From: Nitriliruptoraceae bacterium
Lineage (GTDB): Bacteria; Actinomycetota; Nitriliruptoria; Nitriliruptorales; Nitriliruptoraceae
Assembly: GCA_041685735.1 (NCBI GenBank)
Contig: JAWLFE010000007.1
Location: forward strand, 1,397 to 65,396
Length of the DNA: 64,000 bases
Direction: 5' to 3'
Position 1 is the stretch's first letter. Every line of letters begins with the position of its first letter. Under the pieces are notes generated by a model. The model searched no databases. It was not told where the DNA came from and saw only the letters and a program-made list of their open reading frames with translations. Positions 54,523 to 63,576 of this stretch are shown here, in pieces. The translations under genes were made by a program, and so were the position numbers.

Positions 54523-54551
54523 TTTACATCGCGATGTTCCGATGTTAGGCT
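54523..54551 (+). promoter_or_regulatory. Putative promoter (TTTACA, 17 nt, TAGGCT) containing a perfect 12-bp palindrome ACATCGCGATGT, a candidate ArsR/SmtB operator
   Basis: Read directly. The -35 element lies at 54523-54528, the palindrome at 54526-54537 and the -10 element at 54546-54551. This is the only AT-richer spot in the intergenic region, 36 nt upstream of the ATG at 54587. Confidence 0.5.
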
Positions 54552-54586
54552 ATGGGCACGCTGCACCCGCTCCCATCGGACCGCTG

Positions 54587-54886
54587 ATGAGTTCCACCTG
54601 CACCGTCCACGAAGACCACATCCACACGCACAGCCCCGACTGCGGTCACCCTGCGGTGGAGCACGACGGGCACGTCGACTACCTGCACGACGGCCACGCC
54701 CATCACCAGCACGACGACCATGTCGATGAGCACGACCTGGCCGGCGTCCACGTCGTCGCCGCCCCACATGACCATGCACACGGCCCGGACTGCGGCCACG
54801 ACACCCTGCAGCACGACGGCCACGTGGACTACATCCACGATGGTCACCGCCACGCCGAGCACGGCGACCACTACGACGAGCACTGA
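54587..54886 (+). CDS. His-rich putative metal-binding protein (99 aa) built from an internal duplication
   Basis: The two repeats are HTHSPDCGHPAVEHDGHVDYLHDGHAHHQHDDHVDEH and HAHGPDCGHDTLQHDGHVDYIHDGHRHAEHGDHYDEH. Located downstream of the ArsR gene and the palindrome. Confidence 0.65.
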   Translation: MSSTCTVHEDHIHTHSPDCGHPAVEHDGHVDYLHDGHAHHQHDDHVDEHDLAGVHVVAAPHDHAHGPDCGHDTLQHDGHVDYIHDGHRHAEHGDHYDEH

Positions 54887-54946
54887 GCCCACCGCACCAC
54901 CGACCCATCGGTTGAGCCCGCCCCCGTGGCGGGCTCCACCATGTGG

Positions 54947-55732
54947 TCAGCCGGTGACGTCCAGGTCCACCACCAGCGGGGCGTGGTCGGATGGCTTGTC
55001 GCCGGCGTCGTTGACCCGCCGGAAGGTGGTGTCCACCTGGCAGCCCACGACCTCGAGGTGGCGACTGGTCAGGGCGTAGTCGATGCGCATGCCCATGCCA
55101 CGACGGAACGCCCCCATGCGGTAGTCCCACCAGGTGAAGCCCTCGCCATCGGGCTCCACCTGCCGGAAGGCGTCGGTCAGGCCGAGCTCGATCAGGGCCG
55201 CGAGTCGCTCGCGCTCCGGTGGAGTGACGTGGGTCGCGTCGACGAACGCCGCGACGTCCCAGACATCCCGATCCTCGAGCGCGACGTTCACGTCACCGGC
55301 GAACACGGTCGGCCCCCCATCGACCAGCGTCTGCAGGTGCTTCCTCGCGGCGTCGAGGAACGTGAGCTTGGCCTGGAACATCGGGTGGTCCGGCTCGCGA
55401 CCGTTCGGCACGTACGCGCTGATGGCGCGCACCCCGTCCACCGTCGCCTCGACCCACCGGGCCTCCGCGGGATCGGGCTCGCCCGGCAGCCCGGTCGAGA
55501 CGTCGGTGACCTCCGCGGTCTCCGGAACCAGCAGGGCCACCCCGTTCCACCGCCCCTCCGAGTGTTCCACGACGCGGTAGCCGACCGCGGCGAGCGCCTC
55601 GCGGGGGAAGGTGTTGGACGCGACCTTGGTTTCCTGGAGGCAGACGACATCCGGAGCATGCTGGTCCAGCAGCTCGAGAACCCGTGGGAGGCGGGCCCGG
55701 ATCGAGTTCACGTTCCAACTGATGAGTCGCAT
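54947..55732 (-). CDS. xthA: Exodeoxyribonuclease III
   Basis: MRLISWNVNSIRARL...VVCLQETK...SDHAPLVVDL. I trimmed the listed ORF to the ATG at 55732. Confidence 0.9.
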   Translation of the reverse strand: MRLISWNVNSIRARLPRVLELLDQHAPDVVCLQETKVASNTFPREALAAVGYRVVEHSEGRWNGVALLVPETAEVTDVSTGLPGEPDPAEARWVEATVDGVRAISAYVPNGREPDHPMFQAKLTFLDAARKHLQTLVDGGPTVFAGDVNVALEDRDVWDVAAFVDATHVTPPERERLAALIELGLTDAFRQVEPDGEGFTWWDYRMGAFRRGMGMRIDYALTSRHLEVVGCQVDTTFRRVNDAGDKPSDHAPLVVDLDVTG

Positions 55733-55884
55733 GGCGGGACCGTACCCCGGGCGGTTGACCGGGTGGCGCTCCGCGGCGGGTGCCGACCCGCCGACGACTA
55801 CCGTCGGCACCGCGTGCCGCACACACGACGCCACGATTATCGACACCTCCGTCAACGGATGTCCCAGCGGACCAAGGAGAGGGC

Positions 55885-57129
55885 GTGGCCACCACCGAAC
55901 CGTCCGGCCGGCCGGTCTGGCTGACCGCGCCCGTCCTGACGGTCTCGGTGCTCTCCGTGGCCTCCGGGATCGGCCAGTTCTCGGTCACGACGGTGATCGG
56001 TGACGTCGCTGCGGCGTTCGGGGAGCCCGCCGGCGACGAGGCTCTCGCCCAGATCGGACTGCCCGTCACGACCGTGGGGATCGCGCTCGCCGTGATCCGT
56101 CTGGCATCGCTCGGTAGCCTCCCCGCGGCCGCGCTCGCGGATCGGGTCGGGCGCCGATCGGTGCTCCTGACCGTCGCCACCATCGGGTTGGCGTTGACCA
56201 CGCTGGCGGCGCTGGCACCTGGGTTCTGGTGGTACGTGGCGCTCGTGGCGCTGGCGCGACCGGCACTGTCGACCGTGAACGCACTGTCGGGGGTGGTCGC
56301 AGCCGAGGAGGCCCGCGCGCGGGACCGGTCAGCAGCCTTGGCGCTGATCGCCGCCGCCTACGGCCTGGGAGCGGGGATCATCGCGGTCACGCGCGGCGTC
56401 CTGCCCGGGGAGCCATCGTTCCGGATCGTCATGGCCCTCGCCGTGATCCCCCTGCTGCTGCTACCTCTGTTGGCCCGCCGGATCCGTGAACCGCGGATCG
56501 CGGAGGACCGGGTGCCGGCCGTCGGCCTCCCCGGCCGGATCCCGCGGCGCTACCTCGGACGGGTCGTCCTGCTGGCGGCGCTGACCGGGAGCATCGCGCT
56601 GGCCACCGGGCCCGGCTTCACCTTCCTGTTCGTCTACGGCGAGCAGGTGCTGGGGGCGTCGCCGCTGTTGTTGTCGATGCTGGTCCTCGGCGCGGGGCCG
56701 GCCGGCCTGGTCGGCATCCTCGCCGGACGGTGGGGCGCCGATCGGTTCGGTCGCACGCTCACCGCCGGGGTGTCGATGGCGGCGACGGGCGGGTCCGTCG
56801 CACTGGCCTACTCGGGCGGGCAGACCGCCCTGATGGTGGGCTACCTGTTGGCGCTGGCCACCAGCAGCGCCTTCGCGCCACCAACCGGCGCGCTGGTCGC
56901 GGAGCTGGTCCCGACGAGCATCCGCGCCACCGTCGCCGGTTGGGAGACGATCGCCGGCGTCCTGGGTGCGGTGGGGGGACTGATGTCCTTCGGGCTCCTG
57001 GCCGACCTCACCGGTGGGTTCGTCGCTGCATCGTTCACGATCGGGGTGATCGTCGCGGTCGTCGCGATCGGGTTCTGGTGGCTACCTGAGACCCTCGGCG
57101 TCGAACTCGAGGACCTCGAGGACGCCTGA
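55885..57129 (+). CDS. MFS transporter
   Basis: GTG at 55885 follows AAGGAGAGG. About 12 hydrophobic segments. Contains an LADRVGRR motif. Confidence 0.8.
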   Translation: MATTEPSGRPVWLTAPVLTVSVLSVASGIGQFSVTTVIGDVAAAFGEPAGDEALAQIGLPVTTVGIALAVIRLASLGSLPAAALADRVGRRSVLLTVATIGLALTTLAALAPGFWWYVALVALARPALSTVNALSGVVAAEEARARDRSAALALIAAAYGLGAGIIAVTRGVLPGEPSFRIVMALAVIPLLLLPLLARRIREPRIAEDRVPAVGLPGRIPRRYLGRVVLLAALTGSIALATGPGFTFLFVYGEQVLGASPLLLSMLVLGAGPAGLVGILAGRWGADRFGRTLTAGVSMAATGGSVALAYSGGQTALMVGYLLALATSSAFAPPTGALVAELVPTSIRATVAGWETIAGVLGAVGGLMSFGLLADLTGGFVAASFTIGVIVAVVAIGFWWLPETLGVELEDLEDA

Positions 57130-57167
57130 GGACCTCCAAGACGCCCGAGGAACTCCAAGACGCCTGA

Positions 57168-58550
57168 TCAGCTGCCCTCGGGCGGTTGCTGATCCGATGG
57201 TGGCGGTGGCGCCGGCTGCGCCGGCGGGGGTGGCGCAGCCTGCTGGGCCGGCGGGGGTGGCGCAGCCTGCTGGGCCGGCGGGGGCGGCGCAGCCTGCTGG
57301 GCCGGCGGGGGCGGCGCAGCCTGCTGGGCCGGCGGTTGCTGGCGCTGGTTCGCGTCGTTCTGAGCAGCTCCCGCCGCAGCCTGGGAGACCATGCCGCCGA
57401 CCAGCCCACCGAGACCACCGCGACGGCCCGCGCGCATGCCGGCGAACGGGTTGCCTCCGGACGCCTGCGGTGACGCCACGGGCTGCTGGAAGGCCTGGCC
57501 ACCGGCGTGCAACGCTGCCGCGCCCGCCTGCGCACCAGCGTCGACGTGACCGCCCTCGATCGCCTGTTGCGGCACCGGCGCGTGGTCCAGCGGATCGGCG
57601 GTCCCACCCGCATGTTCCTGGGCCTTGCCGACCATCTTCTTGAAGCTGTTCGACACCGACTGCAGCCGCTGGTCCCAGACCGCGTTGACCTCGAGCCCAT
57701 CGATCGCGCGGTGGTAGGTGACGACCGTGTAGATCATCGCGAAGGGCTCGAAGATCATGCGGTTCGCCAGCGACGCGAGGATCAGGGTCCCGACGATCAC
57801 GACGACCTGGAACCAGATCTCGTTGAACGCGAAGAGCAGGGCCACCCCCGGGATACCGACGATGAGCAACATGCCGAGGAAGAACAGCCTGCCGAGCAAC
57901 CAGATCCGGACGGCCGATCCCAGGACCGGCTTGTAGGCCTGGGCGTACAGGATCGTGCCGTGGCGGGCGCTCTGCCAGACGTTGGGCGACTCCTTCGCAA
58001 CGGCGTAGGAGAGGATGGCCTCGTCCACGTAGGACAGCGACCGGTTGATGATCGATGCACCGATCTGCGCGATGCTGCTGACCGCGCCGCCGAGGGGCAG
58101 CATGTCGACGAGCCGGACGAACCGACGGGTGAAACGTCGGACGGTCCGATCGATCATCCGGTCCAGGGCGAACAGGATGCTGACGTCACGGAACCGTTCC
58201 TTGACGACACCACGTCCGTACTCGACCTGCCCCTTGCCGTCAGGCAGGTCGCGGCCGAGGACCATCTGGGTCACCACGGCGATGTGCGCGCCCTGCAGCA
58301 GGTAGAGCACGTAGCGGCGCATCAGGCCCATGACCGCGAAGGGCCCGATGATCGCGATGAAGATGAAGATCAGCGACAGGACCTCGACGCGTTCAGCAAA
58401 GACGTAGGCCAACCCGCCGAAGATCCCGAGCCACAGTGCGATCGCGAGGAAGAACCCCCCGTAGATCAGCGCACCCAGCAGCAGGAACGGTGTGGTGCGG
58501 CGCAAGAGGCCGACGGCGGTCTTGAAGTTCCCCTTGGACGGATCGCTCAC
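57168..58550 (-). CDS. Polytopic membrane protein with a Gln/Ala/Pro-rich repetitive C-terminal tail
   Basis: GTG at 58550 with a GGGGAG RBS. About 6 TM segments. The tail is (PAQQAAPPP)x4. Confidence 0.7.
   Translation of the reverse strand: MSDPSKGNFKTAVGLLRRTTPFLLLGALIYGGFFLAIALWLGIFGGLAYVFAERVEVLSLIFIFIAIIGPFAVMGLMRRYVLYLLQGAHIAVVTQMVLGRDLPDGKGQVEYGRGVVKERFRDVSILFALDRMIDRTVRRFTRRFVRLVDMLPLGGAVSSIAQIGASIINRSLSYVDEAILSYAVAKESPNVWQSARHGTILYAQAYKPVLGSAVRIWLLGRLFFLGMLLIVGIPGVALLFAFNEIWFQVVVIVGTLILASLANRMIFEPFAMIYTVVTYHRAIDGLEVNAVWDQRLQSVSNSFKKMVGKAQEHAGGTADPLDHAPVPQQAIEGGHVDAGAQAGAAALHAGGQAFQQPVASPQASGGNPFAGMRAGRRGGLGGLVGGMVSQAAAGAAQNDANQRQQPPAQQAAPPPPAQQAAPPPPAQQAAPPPPAQQAAPPPPAQPAPPPPSDQQPPEGS
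57232..57339 (-). repeat. Four tandem 27-bp in-frame repeats encoding PAQQAAPPP
   Basis: Plus-strand units ggcgcagcctgctgggccggcgggggY begin at 57232, 57259, 57286 and 57313. Confidence 0.85.
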
Positions 58551-58688
58551 GATCGTTGACTCCCCGGTCAGACCTGGCTGACCGGACGGATCGCGTCCAG
58601 CCACCACGCAGTGCCCCATGCACCTGCGTCGGAGCAGAGGTCAACAGACCGGGAGGACGATGTCAAGTACGCATCGGCCGGACAGCAG

Positions 58689-61600
58689 TCAACGTTTCGG
58701 CGCGGCGAACAGCTCGCGCACCGTTCCCGCCACCCACGCAACCAGGTCATCGGGCTTGGGCCGAGGCAGCGGGATGAGCAGGACCTGCTGCTCACGTTTG
58801 AGCACCGCCTTCGGGAAGCGCCGCTCGATCCGGACGAGCTGCGAGTCCTTGAGATCCACGGGCGCGATGCGAAGCTGATCACGGGGCGTCAGCGTGACCT
58901 CGGTCACCCCCCAGCGCCGCAGGGCCGCCTTCAGCGCCGCGATGGTCACCAGGCGCTCCGCCGGTTCGGGCAACGGGCCGAACCGGTCGGTCAGCTCCGC
59001 ACGGACCTCCTTGACGCCGCCGGCATCCCGCACCGCGGAGATGCGCTTGTAGAGCTCGAGGCGCTGGGTCGCATCCTCGACGTAGTCATGCGGCAGGTGG
59101 GCATCGACCGGCAGTTCCAGTTTGATGTCCACCTGCTCCTCGGCCGGCTGCCCGGTGAGCTCCGCGACCTCCTCCTTGAGCAACTGGGAGTACATGTCGA
59201 AGCCGACCGCGGCCACGTGCCCGGACTGCTCCGCGCCGACGACGTTGCCGGCGCCCCGGAGCTCGAGGTCGCGCATCGCGATCGCAAGACCGGACCCCAG
59301 GCGGGTGTGCTCGGCGAGCGTCTTGAGGCGCTCGTAGGCCGGCTCGGTGATCGAGGCACCCTCGGGGAAGAGCAGGTAGGCGTAGCCACGCTCCGCGGAC
59401 CGTCCGACGCGACCTCGCAGCTGGTGCAGTTGGGCGAGGCCGAGCAGGTCCGCGCGCTCGATGATGAGCGTGTTCGCGTTGGAGACATCCAGTCCGGATT
59501 CGATGATGGTGGTGCAGACGAGCACGTCGAACTCGTGCTCCCAGAACCGCACCATGATCCGTTCGAGTTGCCGTTCGTCCATCTGGCCATGAGCGACCTC
59601 GACCCTCGCATCGGGTACCAGTTCCGCGATCCCGGCGGCCACCCGGTGGATCGAGCTGACCTGGTTGTGGACGTAGTAGACCTGTCCGTCACGCAGGAGT
59701 TCGCGACGGATGGCCAACGCGACCTGCGCCTCGTCGAACGGCTGCACCGAGGTCATCACCGGTTGCCGGTCCTCCGGCGGGGTCTCGATCGTCGACAGGT
59801 CACGGATCCCGGAGACCGCCATCTCCAGGGTGCGCGGGATCGGGGTGGCGGACATCGACAGGACGTCGACCGAGGTGCGCAGCTCCTTCAAGCGCTCCTT
59901 CTGCGCGACACCGAAGCGTTGCTCCTCATCGACGATCACGAGGCCGAGGTTCTTCCACTCGACGCTCTTGGCGAGCAGCGCGTGGGTGCCGATCACGACG
60001 TCGACCGTGCCGGCGGCCAGGCCGGCGAGCGTCTGCCGGCGGTCCTTGTCGGTCACGAACCGGCTGAGCTCCTCGACCATGACCGGGAAGCCGGAGAAAC
60101 GTTCACGGAAGGTCTCCAGGTGCTGCTGCGCGAGGATCGTGGTGGGCACGAGCACCGCGACCTGGTAGCCGTCGAACACCGCCTTGCCGGCGGCGCGGAT
60201 CGCGACCTCGGTCTTGCCGAACCCGACGTCACCGGCCAACAGTCGATCCATCGGCAGCGGCGCCTCCATGTCCTGCTTGATCTCGTCGGCGACGGTCAAC
60301 TGATCGGTGGTCTCGACGTGTGCGAAGGAGTCCTCGAGTTCCGCCTGCATCGCACCGTCCGGGCTGAAGGCCGTCCCCTGCGAGTGCATCCGGGCCGTAT
60401 ACAGCCGGATGAGGTCCGCGGCGATGTCCCGGACCGCCTTGCGTACCCGGTTCTTGGCCCGTTCCCACTGCGCACCACCGAGGCTCATGACCGAGGGCGT
60501 CTCGCCGCCCTGGTAACGGGCGATCGCGTCGACCTGGTCGGACGGCACGTAGAGCGTGTCGCCGTCGGCGTACTCGAGCAGCACGTAATCGCGCTTGGCG
60601 GTGCGGCCGTCCATGCCCGGGAACTCACGGGTGACCATGCCGCGGTAGCGCCCGACCCCGTGGGTGTGGTGGACGACGGCGTCGCCTTCGGCCAACTGCA
60701 ACACCGCGTCCGCCGCCGTCGTGCGGGTCCCCATGCGGCGGCTGGCGCGGCGTCGGCGCGGACCGAAGACATCCCACGTCCCGAGCACGGCGAGGTCGAG
60801 GTCATCGGAGAGGAACCCGGTGCGCAGGGGGCTGACCGCGATCTCGACCCTGGCGCCGGGGGGATCGGCGGGCAGGCTGGCGGACACCGATGCGGGCACG
60901 CCCTGTTCGGCGAGGACGTCGGCGATGCGGCGAGCCGGTCCGTCGGCATCGACCGAGACCACGACACGGGCGCCGTCACGGAGCAGGCCCTGCAGCCGCT
61001 CGGCGAGCGTGACGATGTCGCCCCGGAACGAGGTCCAGGGCGTCGCCTGCAGACCCCGGGGGCCGGTGCCGTCCGAGGCGAACGCGCCGAGCCGCCAGAC
61101 CGACCGGGGCCCTCGCTCCAGCAACTCCCCGGGGCGGGCGAACCCATCCTGACCGACCGGGGCCTCGCCTCCGACGCTGGCGACCGTCTGCCAGGCCGTG
61201 TCCGCCAGGACCTCGGCCTCCTGACGCAGTTTGGTCGCCCGGTCCTCCAGCAGCATCGGATCGATCAGGGCGAGCCCGGCGGACGGGGGGAGGAAGTCGA
61301 CCAGCAGCGCGGGCTCCGGGGTCAGCATCGTGACCAGCGACTCGGCACCGTCGAAGACCTGACCCTCTGCGAGCTGATCGAGTTCGCTCGTCAGCTGCGG
61401 CCAGTCCGCGATCGCCGTGCGCGCCCGCTCACGCAGGTCGTCATCCAGCACCAGTTCCCGCGCCGCGTCGATGACCACCTCGTCGGCCGCGTTCGTCGAC
61501 CGCTGATCACCGACGGAGAAGGCCCGCAGCGATTCCAGGTCATCGCCCCAGAACTCGACCCGCACCGCGTGGTCGCCGGCGGTCGGGAACACATCGATGA

Positions 61601-62207
61601 TGCCGCCGCGCACCGCGAACTCTCCGCGGGCCTCCACCTGCGGGGTCCGGCTGTAGCCGAGCGCCGCCAAGCCGTCGATGAGCGCGTCGAAACCCTCCCA
61701 GGAGCGGTCGAGGACGATCGGGCGCTGCTGTCCGAGCCGGGGGTCCATCGGCTGCAGTGCCGCGCGGACCGGTGCCACGATCGCCAGGAGCGGTTCATCG
61801 TGCTCGTCCGGGTGCTGCAGTCGGTCGAGCACGGCCAGCCGTCGACCCACCGTGCGCGGCTGCGGTGACAGGCGCTCGTGAGGCAGCGTCTCCCAGGCCG
61901 GGAACATCCCCACGCGCGCCTCACCGAGGAAGGCGGCGAGACCGTCCGCGATGGCCTCCGCGTCTGACGTCCGGGGGACCAGGACCAGCAACGGCGCGGC
62001 CTGCTCGGCCAACAGGCTCAGCAGGTATGGGCGGACCGCAGGCGACGCGACGACATCGCCCGGAGCTGGGCCGCCGTCCCAGACATCACGGCCGCGGCGC
62101 AGCGACGGCGCCAGGGCGCCGGACGCCAGCCCGGGATCGAGGACGTCGTCGACCGAGCGTGGCTGCGCGACCCCACCGGCCGCCGGTGGCGGCGGGACGT
62201 CGGTCAC
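58689..62207 (-). CDS. mfd: Transcription-repair coupling factor
   Basis: 1172 aa with helicase motifs (LLAGDVGFGKTEVA, DEEQRFG) and a TRCF domain. The GTG start overlaps the upstream stop. Confidence 0.95.
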   Translation of the reverse strand: MTDVPPPPAAGGVAQPRSVDDVLDPGLASGALAPSLRRGRDVWDGGPAPGDVVASPAVRPYLLSLLAEQAAPLLVLVPRTSDAEAIADGLAAFLGEARVGMFPAWETLPHERLSPQPRTVGRRLAVLDRLQHPDEHDEPLLAIVAPVRAALQPMDPRLGQQRPIVLDRSWEGFDALIDGLAALGYSRTPQVEARGEFAVRGGIIDVFPTAGDHAVRVEFWGDDLESLRAFSVGDQRSTNAADEVVIDAARELVLDDDLRERARTAIADWPQLTSELDQLAEGQVFDGAESLVTMLTPEPALLVDFLPPSAGLALIDPMLLEDRATKLRQEAEVLADTAWQTVASVGGEAPVGQDGFARPGELLERGPRSVWRLGAFASDGTGPRGLQATPWTSFRGDIVTLAERLQGLLRDGARVVVSVDADGPARRIADVLAEQGVPASVSASLPADPPGARVEIAVSPLRTGFLSDDLDLAVLGTWDVFGPRRRRASRRMGTRTTAADAVLQLAEGDAVVHHTHGVGRYRGMVTREFPGMDGRTAKRDYVLLEYADGDTLYVPSDQVDAIARYQGGETPSVMSLGGAQWERAKNRVRKAVRDIAADLIRLYTARMHSQGTAFSPDGAMQAELEDSFAHVETTDQLTVADEIKQDMEAPLPMDRLLAGDVGFGKTEVAIRAAGKAVFDGYQVAVLVPTTILAQQHLETFRERFSGFPVMVEELSRFVTDKDRRQTLAGLAAGTVDVVIGTHALLAKSVEWKNLGLVIVDEEQRFGVAQKERLKELRTSVDVLSMSATPIPRTLEMAVSGIRDLSTIETPPEDRQPVMTSVQPFDEAQVALAIRRELLRDGQVYYVHNQVSSIHRVAAGIAELVPDARVEVAHGQMDERQLERIMVRFWEHEFDVLVCTTIIESGLDVSNANTLIIERADLLGLAQLHQLRGRVGRSAERGYAYLLFPEGASITEPAYERLKTLAEHTRLGSGLAIAMRDLELRGAGNVVGAEQSGHVAAVGFDMYSQLLKEEVAELTGQPAEEQVDIKLELPVDAHLPHDYVEDATQRLELYKRISAVRDAGGVKEVRAELTDRFGPLPEPAERLVTIAALKAALRRWGVTEVTLTPRDQLRIAPVDLKDSQLVRIERRFPKAVLKREQQVLLIPLPRPKPDDLVAWVAGTVRELFAAPKR

Positions 62208-62857
62208 CGCGGCTTCGGCCGCTTGCGGTTGGCCGCGGCCATCGGATCGATGCCCTTGGGTACCGGGGCGCCCCGATCCAGCGGCTTGAGTCGCCGTTCG
62301 AGCTTGGGCACCTCACCCTTCTTCAGTTCGCGGGGCAACTTGGTGATGGTGCCCTGCAGCTTGTTCAGCGCCACCTGGCCCTCATCGTCGCCCACCACGA
62401 TCGAGGTGATGGTCGTGTCACCCACCACGCGCTTCAGGCGCTTGCGCTCCTTGGCCAGCAGGCCCTTGACCCGTTGGCTGGAGCCCTCCCCGACCAGCAC
62501 GATCCCGCACCGCCCGACGACCCGGTGCACCATGTCCTGCTTGGCGTTGACCGCGACGGCGGGCGTGAGGAAGAACTGTCCGCGCATGATGTTCAGCACG
62601 GCCGCAGCAGCGCCCGGCTGGCCCTCGATCGCGTTGTACTGCGCCTTCTGCACCCGACGGTTGAAGACGATGAGCGCGCCGAGCACCGCGAACATCAGTC
62701 CGAAGACCGGCATGGCCCAGATCCCGATGACGGCGCCGAGACCGACGCCGAGCAGCAACCCGGCCGTCGCACCCAGCAGGATCAGGGCGATCGCCTTGTC
62801 ATCGACCTGCCGCAACTGCGACCACGCGTCACGGAGCTGGCGGAGCCTGTCCTTCAC
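62204..62857 (-). CDS. DUF4191 membrane protein
   Basis: The sequence LRQVDDKAIALILLGATAGLLLGVGLGAVIGIWAMPVFGLMFAVLGALIVFNRR...PGAAAAVL follows the DUF4191 pattern. GTG start. Confidence 0.8.
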   Translation of the reverse strand: MKDRLRQLRDAWSQLRQVDDKAIALILLGATAGLLLGVGLGAVIGIWAMPVFGLMFAVLGALIVFNRRVQKAQYNAIEGQPGAAAAVLNIMRGQFFLTPAVAVNAKQDMVHRVVGRCGIVLVGEGSSQRVKGLLAKERKRLKRVVGDTTITSIVVGDDEGQVALNKLQGTITKLPRELKKGEVPKLERRLKPLDRGAPVPKGIDPMAAANRKRPKPR

Positions 62858-62912
62858 GGATCGATCCCTTCATCACGGATGTCGATGGTCGCACACGGGC
62901 GGCCCGAACGGG

Positions 62913-63494
62913 TCAGCCGGTCGCGTGGAAACGGTTCTGGGTCGGCTCCAGGCCGTCGGTCACAAGCGACAGGACCGCATCGCCGACGTGCTGGAGGGCG
63001 ACGTCGATCACGTCGCGATCCGCCGGCGAGAAGCGTCGGAGCACGAAGTCGCGGCCGGGCATGCGACCGGGGGGCCGGCCGATCCCGATCCGGATCCGGA
63101 GGTAGTCACGGGTGCCGAGCGCACGGTCCACGTCCTTGAGGCCGTTGTGCCCGGCATGCCCGCCACCCCGCTTGACCCGGATCGAGCCGACGTCGACGTC
63201 GAGGTCGTCGTGGCAGACGATCACACGCTCCGACGGGACCTTGAACCAGCTCGCCGTGGCCTGGATCGGGTCACCGGACCGGTTCATGTACGACGTCGGG
63301 ATCGCCAGGACGATGCGCCGTCCGTCCGCCCTGACCTCGGCGACCTCCGAGCGGGTGCGCTTGTTGCGCGCCAACTCGACGTGTTCACGTGCCGCGAGGG
63401 TGCGGACGGCGTCCGCACCGACGTTGTGGCGCGTGCCGCCGTACTCGGCCTCGGGGTTGCCCAGACCGGCGACCAACCAGCGATCGTCCGACAC
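62913..63494 (-). CDS. pth: Peptidyl-tRNA hydrolase
   Basis: WLVAGLGNPEAEYGGTRHNVG...MNRSG...DDLD...GGGHAGHNGLK. I trimmed the listed ORF to the GTG at 63494, which follows GGAGGGGAG. Confidence 0.9.
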   Translation of the reverse strand: MSDDRWLVAGLGNPEAEYGGTRHNVGADAVRTLAAREHVELARNKRTRSEVAEVRADGRRIVLAIPTSYMNRSGDPIQATASWFKVPSERVIVCHDDLDVDVGSIRVKRGGGHAGHNGLKDVDRALGTRDYLRIRIGIGRPPGRMPGRDFVLRRFSPADRDVIDVALQHVGDAVLSLVTDGLEPTQNRFHATG

Positions 63495-63576
63495 GACTCC
63501 CCTCCAGGGCTGCGAGGTGCAGCAGCGATGTCGGCAGCACCGGTCCCGTGGACGACGCCCAAGGGACCGGAAGCTG

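Noticed and set aside
54545-54892. The minus-strand ORF (115 aa, Val-rich) and the 54720..55079 plus-strand ORF overlapping the His-rich gene
   Set aside because: The first is the antisense frame of the GAC/CAC-rich His/Asp gene and the second is out of frame with it. The plus-strand frame starting at 54587 has the promoter and operator in front and a clear internal duplication.
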